In this document: positions 8,702 through 16,735 of the stretch, one piece after another
Layout of the letters: each line of letters starts with the position of its first letter
Numbering within the stretch: the first letter of the stretch is position 1
IMG/VR virus record: IMGVR_UViG_3300020576_001396
Location: 64,001 to 93,892 of that record
Source: a virus
Taxonomy: Duplodnaviria; Heunggongvirae; Uroviricota; Caudoviricetes
Direction: 5' to 3' (one strand)
Length of the DNA: 29,892 bases
Made by a program: the position numbers and the translations under genes
Notes under the pieces: generated by a model
What the model was told of the DNA's origin: nothing
Database searches by the model: none
Seen by the model: the letters and a program-made list of their open reading frames with translations, nothing else

Positions 8702-10312
8702 TTAACTCCAAGCTGCAGTTAAATAACCTTGATACATACACGGGTTAGGTATTACCGCACCAGCGAATATTATAAATCCTAAACAGTTACCTTTCTTCAG
8801 TTCAGGTAATGCCGGAAGTTGATTTAAGAAATCTCTTTCAGAAGCGTAGAAAGCTGCGGTGATAGGAATAGCTGCAATTGGTTTTACTAACACTAAGTCT
8901 ACAAATCCTGCTGAAGCTGATGCTGCTGAGAATGCCGCTGACTGGCAATCTACTAAACCTAAGTCACCTTGTGCAAAAGGTAAGAAAGGACCGAAGTTAC
9001 CTGCAGCAACTCCACTGTGTCCTAAGTGTCCTACGATAGCAGAAGCTGTGTTAGATACAACAGCCCCTAAGTCTCTAAGACCTTCACCGTTTTGGTTAGC
9101 GTACTTCAAGAAGAAGTTCTGAGCGTTAGCTCCGTTAGTTGTGTTAATAGAATAGAAAGCTCTAACTCCTTTACCATCTGTATATCTCTGTAATCCAAGA
9201 CCACATGACACATCGTCTATATTAATACGTATGGCATCTGAAGGTGTTATGCTAAACACTGCTGAGTTACTTGTAGCTGTTATAATATCTACAAATGTAC
9301 CGTTACCTGTTATTGTACGCGCAGGGGCTGTGGCACCACCGTAAGCACACTGTAATGTACCACCAACTGTGTAACCACTTACAGTATAACGTACTGTATA
9401 TACTCTACCAATTACTGGTGTGTATGTAGTAGTTTGTGTGAGTGTACCTGTACCACTTGTATTCTTTGCAACGTTGTTAGAGTTGTATGCCCAACCAGAG
9501 TTTAATGTCCAGCCGGTAGCAGCACCTGTGAAGGTTCCATTTGTTAAAGTGTTCTGTACACCTAACACTGTTGTACTTGTAGTGTTAGTAGCAATCTTTG
9601 GATAACTACCTAAGAAGTCACATAACATTAATACTGACGGAGCACCTGCTGCTACGTTAGTCCAAGCACCGAAGTTAAGTAAGTGTTTTGTATCTGGGTT
9701 AACTGCACCCCCCATAGGAATATCTAAATCTTTAGAAGCTGCATTTGTTGCTACAGTATCATCATAAGGAACGAAGCCTGATGATAAAGAGGCGTAAGGC
9801 CTTATGTAAACAAGGTCTACTGTGGCAGCAGTTATAGCTGCAGCTGCTGATATAAGGAATGTAGAGTTAGAACTACCGGCAGTAACAGTCTCTGTGAATG
9901 TACCGTTAGCTGCTCTAGTAACACCTGTCCCACCTCCTATAGAAAGTGTAACGTTTCCTGAACCAGCGTAAGAACCTAGTGTCCATATTACTTCATATAC
10001 CTGTCCTGCTACACAGTCTATGTCCTGCTGTAGAGTTTCAATACTAGCAGTGTTAGCCTTGGTCATCAAGTGTGTACCTGCAGTCCATGACCATCCAGCA
10101 CTGAATGTCCACTGTGCTGTACCTCCTAAGAAGTTAAAATTAGATATAAGGTTACCGTGAATGTAGTCTGCTGGAAAACCTCCAAACCCTGTAAGGTCAT
10201 ACCAACGACCAGCAACAACTGTACCGCCAGTAAAGGTTTTCATCCAGTCCTGACGAAACTGTTTTCCGCCAGTCATTTCACTTATTAATTCATCGAAGCT
10301 TGCAAATCCCAT
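8702..10312 (-). CDS. Accessory virion protein (536 aa), paralogue of 10325..11173, with two inserted CBM-like jelly-roll domains
   Basis: Shares GGxVxPxTK, YPxI, LxRYTDGxGVxAF, YxNQN, HSGxxAG, LVLxK and LPxxxxGxxLxFI with its neighbour; two mutually similar inserts at aa ~53-172 and ~253-370. Confidence 0.8.
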   Translation of the reverse strand: MGFASFDELISEMTGGKQFRQDWMKTFTGGTVVAGRWYDLTGFGGFPADYIHGNLISNFNFLGGTAQWTFSAGWSWTAGTHLMTKANTASIETLQQDIDCVAGQVYEVIWTLGSYAGSGNVTLSIGGGTGVTRAANGTFTETVTAGSSNSTFLISAAAAITAATVDLVYIRPYASLSSGFVPYDDTVATNAASKDLDIPMGGAVNPDTKHLLNFGAWTNVAAGAPSVLMLCDFLGSYPKIATNTTSTTVLGVQNTLTNGTFTGAATGWTLNSGWAYNSNNVAKNTSGTGTLTQTTTYTPVIGRVYTVRYTVSGYTVGGTLQCAYGGATAPARTITGNGTFVDIITATSNSAVFSITPSDAIRINIDDVSCGLGLQRYTDGKGVRAFYSINTTNGANAQNFFLKYANQNGEGLRDLGAVVSNTASAIVGHLGHSGVAAGNFGPFLPFAQGDLGLVDCQSAAFSAASASAGFVDLVLVKPIAAIPITAAFYASERDFLNQLPALPELKKGNCLGFIIFAGAVIPNPCMYQGYLTAAWS

Positions 10313-10324
10313 TTGTATATTTTA

Positions 10325-11173
10325 TTAATTCCAGACTGTTTCAATTAGTCCTGTTGTTACTGTAGCCGCGGCTGATCCATTCACCTGGCCTATAAAATTT
10401 AAATATGCCCCGTCTTGTATTATAGGAAGTTCACCTTTCATAAGTAAACAGTCCCACTCTTGCTTTGCAGGGGCTACGTTATATGTTGTTACTGTAGTTA
10501 ATACCTTACAAAGAACCAAAGCTGCTAACCCTCCGTTAGGGGCCATGAAAGTAATTGATACTACTCTCTTTATGTAGTCACCGTCTGGAGTATTTATAAA
10601 CGTACCTGATGCCCCAGCAGAAGCACCTGAATGTACTATAGTGCCGATGTAGGTATGTGTATTGGTAGTTTGTAATCTAGTAGTCTTTAACTGGTCGTTT
10701 TGATTGATGTAGTCTATGGTGAAGGATGCTCCTCCTACATACGGGTTAGTAGCTACTAGAAAAGCTTTAACACCTACACCGTCTGTATACCTAGGTAATG
10801 TTACAGTATTATCGAAATACTGAGGGTCTGTGCTATCCATATCTATAAGCGGATAGAAAAGTAAATAGTCCAATGCATACATCTCCATAGGAGTTATTGT
10901 TGCAGGAGGAAATACAAAATCTATCTTTCTTAGTATCTTGGTAGCAGGAGCTACATTACCTCCGTGCCATATCCCATAATTAGTATTAAGCAACGTTGCT
11001 GTTAGCGCATCCCCTGTATAGAAGTTAGCTCTAGGATTGCCAGGAGCCATTGAGAAATCAATAACACCTGTAGCTGTAGAAGCGATAGCAGGTACTTTAC
11101 GAAAGGAAGTAATACAATTCTTACCGCCTAAATAACACTGTTCTACAAGTTCTCTTAATTTCTTTATTGACAT
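10325..11173 (-). CDS. Accessory virion protein (282 aa), paralogue of 8702..10312
   Basis: Motifs as listed for the paralogue, in the same order; beta-rich composition. Confidence 0.8.
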   Translation of the reverse strand: MSIKKLRELVEQCYLGGKNCITSFRKVPAIASTATGVIDFSMAPGNPRANFYTGDALTATLLNTNYGIWHGGNVAPATKILRKIDFVFPPATITPMEMYALDYLLFYPLIDMDSTDPQYFDNTVTLPRYTDGVGVKAFLVATNPYVGGASFTIDYINQNDQLKTTRLQTTNTHTYIGTIVHSGASAGASGTFINTPDGDYIKRVVSITFMAPNGGLAALVLCKVLTTVTTYNVAPAKQEWDCLLMKGELPIIQDGAYLNFIGQVNGSAAATVTTGLIETVWN

Positions 11174-11337
11174 TACAGTAAAGTATCTACGTATGATTGA
11201 AGCACAACTGAGTAAGCATTTAATGCTTCAAGCTGAGCCTTAATTGTATTTATAACTGTGGTATGTTCGGTGAATTTAATAAACTCACCATTCTCATCTT
11301 CCACAAGTACACCTTCAACAAGATTGTATCTAATCAT
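11173..11337 (-). CDS. Hypothetical 54-aa protein (not in the ORF track)
   Basis: MIRYNLVEGVLVEDENGEFIKFTEHTTVINTIKAQLEALNAYSVVLQSYVDTLL*. It fills the gap exactly: ATG 1 nt after the upstream TAA, and TAATG overlap with the next gene. Confidence 0.8.
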   Translation of the reverse strand: MIRYNLVEGVLVEDENGEFIKFTEHTTVINTIKAQLEALNAYSVVLQSYVDTLL

Positions 11338-11338
11338 A

Positions 11339-11773
11339 TTAATCCTCTTGAAAGATTAAGTCTCCGGCTGAGAACTGAGGCTGAATACCCACACTAATGT
11401 TACGTGGGCTATTTAACTGCCCTGAATATAAAATCTGACCAGCACCACTAGCAGCTGTACCAACAGCAACGTAAGTGATTGTATCTGACCCTACTGTACA
11501 TAAAGCAAATTGTATTAATGCAGTATTACTTGCCTGGTTACCAGAGACTGTCCATCCACCAGCTGTACGTGATACTGCAACCCTACCATATGAACCTGAA
11601 TTATATGTAGCTTCACTTGTTGTTTGTGAACCACCTTCACCCGGGTCTGCTGTATGTAACGATACGTAAAGGTCAGTATTACCTGTACCCGATAGTGTTC
11701 CAAGATATGAAGGTAATGTCTTATTAAATATAAGCAACATTAAATCGTTCTCGGCTGTATTACTTTTACTCAT
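11339..11773 (-). CDS. Phage minor tail/fibre-associated protein (144 aa)
   Basis: LYVSLHTADPGEGG...E...YGRVAV...W...SN...I.F motif family, widespread in tailed-phage tail regions. Confidence 0.7.
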   Translation of the reverse strand: MSKSNTAENDLMLLIFNKTLPSYLGTLSGTGNTDLYVSLHTADPGEGGSQTTSEATYNSGSYGRVAVSRTAGGWTVSGNQASNTALIQFALCTVGSDTITYVAVGTAASGAGQILYSGQLNSPRNISVGIQPQFSAGDLIFQED

Positions 11774-11779
11774 TTTAAA

Positions 11780-12760
11780 TTATGTTATTGTTATGTTAAC
11801 AGACGCAAGAGTTGCATCTGGGTTGTATGAAAATATCTTTGTAACGGTGTCTGTTAGTCTAAACCAAACTATAGTTGATACAGTGCTGTCTGGATTATAT
11901 ACAAATGTTTTATATTGTCCATCAGCGTAGTCGATTCTAGTAACTAAACCATCTGAGTAAGTGTAGGTACTATTAGAAAGCATTGAATCGCCACCACCCC
12001 CTGTACCGTCTAAACCATCTCGACCAGGTCTACCATCGCGACCGTTAGCCCCATTTATTATAAAGTAGTCTACACCTAAAATAGGCTTATCGCCTTTTTC
12101 TCCTTTAGGTCCTCGTTTACCATCAGTACCTGGAAGTCCTGATTCACCACGATCTCCTTTATCACCTTTCTCACCACGTTCACCAGGTTTACCATCGGCT
12201 CCGTCTTTACCTGATGGACCACGCAAACCTCTTTTACCTTCAGGTCCACGTTCACCACGTTCACCGGTAGCACCTACTGGTCCTGGTTCCCCACGAGAAC
12301 CCTCAGGTCCTGTGTCACCGTTTCTACCATCAGTACCAGGTTCACCTTTAGGCCCCTGTATATCTTTCAGTGCTATTATGTTGTACCACTTACCTTCATC
12401 AGCATAACCCCACTGTAAGTGAGTATCGCTGGTATGTAACTCTAGCTTACGGCCTTCAGGACCAACAGGACCTACTTCACCTTGTGGGCCTTTAGCCCCC
12501 ATGAAACCTTGTTCTCCCTGCTCTCCTTGTGGTCCCTGTTCACCAGTTATATCTTCAAGGTAAACAAGTGTATACCACTCGTCTGTACCTATGTAATGCC
12601 ACTGTATTGAATCGTTAGCCTTACGTAACTCTATTTCTCTACCATCGCTACCGGAGGCACCATCAAAATAGTGTACACCTTTAACAGGTGAATAATCACT
12701 ATCTGTAGTGTCTAATAGAGAACGTAGTAAAGCTTTACGTTTGCTTGAGATTGGAGACAT
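11780..12760 (-). CDS. Collagen triple-helix repeat protein (326 aa), putative fibre
   Basis: G-X-Y runs of 11 and 30 triplets, each preceded by a GR(E/K)(I/L)EL...(I/L)QW.Y....W...I.L.DI.G linker; C-terminal short YxYNxD repeats. Confidence 0.85.
   Translation of the reverse strand: MSPISSKRKALLRSLLDTTDSDYSPVKGVHYFDGASGSDGREIELRKANDSIQWHYIGTDEWYTLVYLEDITGEQGPQGEQGEQGFMGAKGPQGEVGPVGPEGRKLELHTSDTHLQWGYADEGKWYNIIALKDIQGPKGEPGTDGRNGDTGPEGSRGEPGPVGATGERGERGPEGKRGLRGPSGKDGADGKPGERGEKGDKGDRGESGLPGTDGKRGPKGEKGDKPILGVDYFIINGANGRDGRPGRDGLDGTGGGGDSMLSNSTYTYSDGLVTRIDYADGQYKTFVYNPDSTVSTIVWFRLTDTVTKIFSYNPDATLASVNITIT
12086..12355 (-). repeat. Uninterrupted collagen (Gly-X-Y)30
   Basis: GPKGEPGTD...GPKGEKGDK, counted triplet by triplet. 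Confidence 0.95.
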
Positions 12761-13500
12761 TATTTAACTACTGCGTTGATTAATATATAGGTTACTGTAC
12801 CTATTAAAGCACCGCCAAGTATATTCTTTTGACGTTTCTGCTTCTTATCATGTTTGGTTATACCTTCGATTTGAATCTTGTAAGCTTCCTTCTCTTTGGT
12901 ACATATATCCATCTGTGATAGATATACGTTATTCAATGCCTTTAGTTGCAGTATTTGGTTATCCTTTGTGAAGGACAATCGTTTTAAATCCACTACAATA
13001 CTATCAAGATTGTTATTTATATTAAACAACCCGTCTCTTTCTATGAATGTATAATGTATCTTCTTTACTTGAATAGAGTCGAAAGGGTACTTCAATTCAC
13101 CAATAGGTTTAATTCTCTGATTGATGTATTTGAATGAGCTATCGGCAGACACAGCTGCTACGTTATTCAAATCAGTTTTCAAACTATCCTTAAGAGCTGA
13201 GATAGCTTTCTCTTGATTAGCAATAACCTTTTCCTTCTGTGCTATTGTAGCATCTTGTTCTTTAATAGTTTTAACGTAGACAACTCTAAGAGAGTCTAGG
13301 CGATGTTTCTCCTTCTCTACAATACTATATAAGGTTTTAGATGAAGATAGCTCAGAACGCATTAGAAGTAGGTCTGCACGCATTCCAATACCACGATAGA
13401 TAGTTATACCAGCCAACAGAGCTAAAGCCATAATGACAGTAGTCTTTGTTACATACTTCTTAAGCTTAGCTATAGAAGTCTTTACATCCTTTATATTCAT
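12760..13500 (-). CDS. Membrane-anchored coiled-coil protein, spanin-like candidate
   Basis: N-terminal hydrophobic helix (TTVIMALALLAGITIY), long heptad region and C-terminal hydrophobic helix (ILGGALIGTVTYILINAVV); next to the holin and endolysin. Confidence 0.5.
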   Translation of the reverse strand: MNIKDVKTSIAKLKKYVTKTTVIMALALLAGITIYRGIGMRADLLLMRSELSSSKTLYSIVEKEKHRLDSLRVVYVKTIKEQDATIAQKEKVIANQEKAISALKDSLKTDLNNVAAVSADSSFKYINQRIKPIGELKYPFDSIQVKKIHYTFIERDGLFNINNNLDSIVVDLKRLSFTKDNQILQLKALNNVYLSQMDICTKEKEAYKIQIEGITKHDKKQKRQKNILGGALIGTVTYILINAVVK

Positions 13501-13508
13501 GTTATTAT

Positions 13509-13718
13509 TTATTTAGGTTCTTCAGTAAATTCAGAAAGACCTGATACTGTTGCTACTGCTAAGCTTAATATAAAGGTTAGCAGTATTTTGTGTTCATCAG
13601 ATAGAGGGCCTATAGCCACAGCTCCAATGTATAACGGTAAGCTCCTTGAAAGAAACTTAGATACCATTTTCCAACGCTTGTTTGTTGGCTTCGAGTAGTT
13701 ACTTAGTTTTAAGGCCAT
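13509..13718 (-). CDS. Putative holin (69 aa, two hydrophobic segments)
   Basis: Basic N-terminus YSKPTNKRWK, two hydrophobic helices, acidic tail; immediately downstream of the endolysin. Confidence 0.55.
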   Translation of the reverse strand: MALKLSNYSKPTNKRWKMVSKFLSRSLPLYIGAVAIGPLSDEHKILLTFILSLAVATVSGLSEFTEEPK

Positions 13719-13722
13719 ATCC

Positions 13723-14190
13723 TTATTTATAAGGTTCGTACGTCTTTTTATTATTTACAGTTTTCATTTTTAGTACTTGCATACGTAGAGGGGTTTTGTA
13801 AGTATAGCTAACATGTACCCAATCTGGTTCTGTATCAGTACCAGCTTCCCATATGAGTTGGTCAAACTCTAAATGGTCTTTGATATAATCAAATATCTCT
13901 TTGTTAGTTGTTCCACCAAATTTCTCTGCATCTAAGTCCATGGCTTCACCGGTCATGTGTTGACTATTCTTTGCGCCCTTCATAGCTTTGTTTAAGGCTT
14001 CTGAACGAAAGCAAGAACTTATATAGATGGGTACCTTCAACGCTTCCCTCAAAGGTTCAAATATCTTTAGAGCTGTAGTCTTAATGCGCTCTGTCTGACC
14101 CCCATTAGGTTCATTGGATATACCTAGTCTTTTAGCTGTGTCACTATGTACTACTTCAGAGTACAGTACGTGTGTGGATATACTTTCCAT
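13723..14190 (-). CDS. Endolysin, peptidase M15 family (Zn D-Ala-D-Ala carboxypeptidase fold)
   Basis: FEPLRE...ISSCFRSEALN, SQHMTGEAMD (His and Asp Zn ligands), FDQLIWE and WVHVSY. Confidence 0.9.
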   Translation of the reverse strand: MESISTHVLYSEVVHSDTAKRLGISNEPNGGQTERIKTTALKIFEPLREALKVPIYISSCFRSEALNKAMKGAKNSQHMTGEAMDLDAEKFGGTTNKEIFDYIKDHLEFDQLIWEAGTDTEPDWVHVSYTYKTPLRMQVLKMKTVNNKKTYEPYK

Positions 14191-14193
14191 TTA

Positions 14194-14589
14194 TTATACT
14201 CCTATACCAAACAAGTGAGCTACTAACATGCTTGTTAGTATTGTACCAACTGCTATGCCTACTGTAATCAACGTGTTTGTTTTTGTTTTACTAGATTCTA
14301 TAGAGAATATCCTCTTTTCATGATCTGCTATTTGTAAAGAAGTTCCATCTTTAATATCCCTAATATCATTTCTAAGACTTTCCATACGTGTCTTCAATTC
14401 TATTAGTAAGTCATGATCGTTAGACCCTTTCTCTTGAAGTACCTTAATTGAGTTGGCAGCGGCGTCAGCCACTACCTTAGCCGCCTCTCCGGCAGCAGCA
14501 GAGATTACTGAAACAGCCTGAGCAGCTGCGTGTTCTATATCCATTTTAGCTTGAGTAACAGAATTAATATGTGATTTATTTTCTGACAT
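14194..14589 (-). CDS. Coiled-coil protein with C-terminal transmembrane helix (holin/antiholin-like)
   Basis: Ala-rich helix, heptads LLIELKTRMESLRNDIRDIK and a terminal hydrophobic helix; directly upstream of the endolysin. Confidence 0.5.
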   Translation of the reverse strand: MSENKSHINSVTQAKMDIEHAAAQAVSVISAAAGEAAKVVADAAANSIKVLQEKGSNDHDLLIELKTRMESLRNDIRDIKDGTSLQIADHEKRIFSIESSKTKTNTLITVGIAVGTILTSMLVAHLFGIGV

Positions 14590-14600
14590 TTCTTATTCAT

Positions 14601-14882
14601 TTATAATTCAATATTATAGTTTGAGTCACATATTCTATTAATCCTAGATATGACTTCAACAACTTCTTCTGTAGTAAAGAAATTGTTATTGCTGTAATCC
14701 GACTGGTAGAAATAATCCACCATAATAGTTACATAGTAACCTAATATAGTATTTCGTAGACGGTCGTTAAATAGGTCGCTATGACCTAAACGTTCTTTAC
14801 GATTTAAATCGTCCATGTAAACAGACTGCGCATACTTAATGTATGTAAGATAGTCTGTAATTTGTTGTTGTGTTGCAGCCAT
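14601..14882 (-). CDS. Small helical protein, putative tail hub protein B (crAss001 gp39-like); likely start at 14882 (MAATQQ, 93 aa)
   Basis: The ATG at 14882 lies 10 nt after the upstream TAA with an A-rich leader, whereas the track's start at 14906 overlaps the upstream gene. The hub assignment rests on size and synteny only. Confidence 0.5.
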   Translation of the reverse strand: MAATQQQITDYLTYIKYAQSVYMDDLNRKERLGHSDLFNDRLRNTILGYYVTIMVDYFYQSDYSNNNFFTTEEVVEVISRINRICDSNYNIEL

Positions 14883-14892
14883 TTTATATTGG

Positions 14893-15759
14893 TTAACCGT
14901 AGGCAATTACGTCCCCTACGAAAGTTATTGTGCCTGTACTTCCTAGCGTAGCTTTGTTAGTACCACTGTATTTGAATAATAAGTCTGTTCCACTAGGAAA
15001 GAATCGCCATGCTGAGAACCCATAAGAAGTAGTAAACGTAGGAGAATCTATAGGTGCCTTTAAACCTAAGGCTGTTGTAATATCTGTTTGATTTGATAGA
15101 GTACCTGTAATACTACCCCATACTCCACCTCCTCCAGAACCTCCTGCTTGACCGTTGAGAACACCATTAGCGTCTATTGTAAGATAGGCGCCTACTTTAA
15201 TACCTCCAAGTAAATTAGTGGTTGCTTTAGGTAATACGTAATCATACTCTGCATGTGTATGCCCTACCTCTGAATAAGCGGTGGTATCTAGAGTCCAGGT
15301 ATTAGCAGCAGTCTTACGTAAATTAGCTGCTGATGTAAATCCAAGTCCTGATATAGCTGTTAAGTCGGCATCTAAAGGCTGTAACGAATCTGTAATACCA
15401 TACCCTGCTAGAGTAGTAGGTTTACTTGTTATAGTACTCCATGCTCTGGTATCAGCTTTTAGTTCTACTTCAGCAGCATCTATTTTCTTAAGTTCGTTAA
15501 CAGCTGTATCATATAGCAGAAAGTAATTACTAGTAACAGTGTCTGTATCAACTGTACCGAGACCTACCTTATACGATAGATTCTCAGGTACAAGTTTAGC
15601 ACCAGACATATTCCAATAACTATCTGCGTTGTTACCACTACCTACTATTGAGATAGGGCTAACCATAGGTAATGTGGTTATAACAGAACCTGTAGCTATT
15701 GTTTGGTCACCTCCTATTACTACAGGTCCTGTAGAACTACCAAGTGTAATTACTGCCAT
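14893..15759 (-). CDS. Fibre protein (288 aa)
   Basis: Fibre repeat motifs WSTITSKPTTLAGYGITD, QPLDADLTAISGL, LPKATTNLLGGIKVG and WGSITGTLSNQTDITTAL; C-terminal GDVIAYG. Confidence 0.8.
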   Translation of the reverse strand: MAVITLGSSTGPVVIGGDQTIATGSVITTLPMVSPISIVGSGNNADSYWNMSGAKLVPENLSYKVGLGTVDTDTVTSNYFLLYDTAVNELKKIDAAEVELKADTRAWSTITSKPTTLAGYGITDSLQPLDADLTAISGLGFTSAANLRKTAANTWTLDTTAYSEVGHTHAEYDYVLPKATTNLLGGIKVGAYLTIDANGVLNGQAGGSGGGGVWGSITGTLSNQTDITTALGLKAPIDSPTFTTSYGFSAWRFFPSGTDLLFKYSGTNKATLGSTGTITFVGDVIAYG

Positions 15760-16372
15760 TGAGTACTAATCTTTCTAATACGTATAACTGGTTGATTACC
15801 TGTTCTTCTCTACCCACTATTGCAGTAGCTATCATAGAATCATAGTAACCTTTCATAAATATAATATCTAGTACTTCACGTTCGTGATTATAGTCACACT
15901 CGTATGAAGTAGGTATAGTCCTTAGCAATCCGTATAAAGAACTCTTTACAACTCCATCTATAAGTACAGAGGCGTCTGTATGAGTCTCAGTACCACCAAG
16001 ACCTTTCTTCCAAGTATATGTTATTGCATATATACCGTCTGGTAGCTCATCAGCAGATGTGCCTATAGCTACCGTACTAAGTTTTAAGTTAGCACATGTT
16101 AAATTCCACACTAACGCAGATACAGAAGTATGCGTTCCTAGAAGAGCGTGTAAATCTATAGTGTCATAAGACACTGTAACATTATCAGAAGTAGTAATAG
16201 ATATGTCTAACTTCAGAGTGTTACTAGAGCTATCTATAGTAGATACATCCGGATTAGGCGCTCCCCATCCACCTACATTGGTGCCAGCGTTATAAACACC
16301 GGTTGTGTCTGTTATAGTTAATGTTTTACTGTCACCTGATTCGGCAACACTGAATAAGAGAGCTAAAGCCAT
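15737..16372 (-). CDS. Putative tail hub protein A (crAss001 gp38-like), 211 aa
   Basis: Beta-rich N-terminal part (DTTGVYNAGTNVGGWGAPNP, LPDGIYAITY) and helical C-terminal part; assignment by size and synteny. TAG stop overlaps the next gene by 23 nt. Confidence 0.5.
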   Translation of the reverse strand: MALALLFSVAESGDSKTLTITDTTGVYNAGTNVGGWGAPNPDVSTIDSSSNTLKLDISITTSDNVTVSYDTIDLHALLGTHTSVSALVWNLTCANLKLSTVAIGTSADELPDGIYAITYTWKKGLGGTETHTDASVLIDGVVKSSLYGLLRTIPTSYECDYNHEREVLDIIFMKGYYDSMIATAIVGREEQVINQLYVLERLVLNGSNYTW

Positions 16373-16380
16373 ACTTCAAT

Positions 16381-16545
16381 TTATTCTGTTACTTTAGCAA
16401 CTTCTTCTTTAGGCTGGTTAGCCTGAGGCTGTGCTTGAGCAACAATGTTTTTAATAAGTTCGTTAACTGTCTCAAAAGGCAGTTTCTGTAAACCAAACAA
16501 TACAATGTTTAGTTCCTGTTCTGTTAATTCTAACTTAAACTTCAT
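16381..16545 (-). CDS. Hypothetical 54-aa protein (not in the ORF track)
   Basis: MKFKLELTEQELNIVLFGLQKLPFETVNELIKNIVAQAQPQANQPKEEVAKVTE*; fills the gap and resembles small helical proteins found near phage fibre genes. Confidence 0.8.
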   Translation of the reverse strand: MKFKLELTEQELNIVLFGLQKLPFETVNELIKNIVAQAQPQANQPKEEVAKVTE

Positions 16546-16546
16546 A

Positions 16547-16717
16547 CTAGAAAAGTACTACATGAGCTACAAAGCCTAATACGAAACATATGAATCCTAC
16601 AATTCCGTACCAAACCTTATCTTTAAGTTTACCTTTTATTAAGTTTTTAACTGAGGCATTACCAGCATTCTGTGATAAACCTGTGTTTTCTTTCTGTTCT
16701 TCTACTATTTTTCCCAT
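16547..16717 (-). CDS. Hypothetical 56-aa membrane protein (not in the ORF track)
   Basis: MGKIVEEQKENTGLSQNAGNASVKNLIKGKLKDKVWYGIVGFICFVLGFVAHVVLF*; single C-terminal transmembrane helix and A-rich leader TAAATAAAACAATG. Confidence 0.75.
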   Translation of the reverse strand: MGKIVEEQKENTGLSQNAGNASVKNLIKGKLKDKVWYGIVGFICFVLGFVAHVVLF

Positions 16718-16735
16718 TGTTTTATTTATTAATTA

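Noticed and set aside
14883-14906. Track start MPTVNQYK for the 101-aa ORF
   Set aside because: It overlaps the upstream fibre gene; the ATG at 14882 has a typical A-rich leader after the upstream stop.
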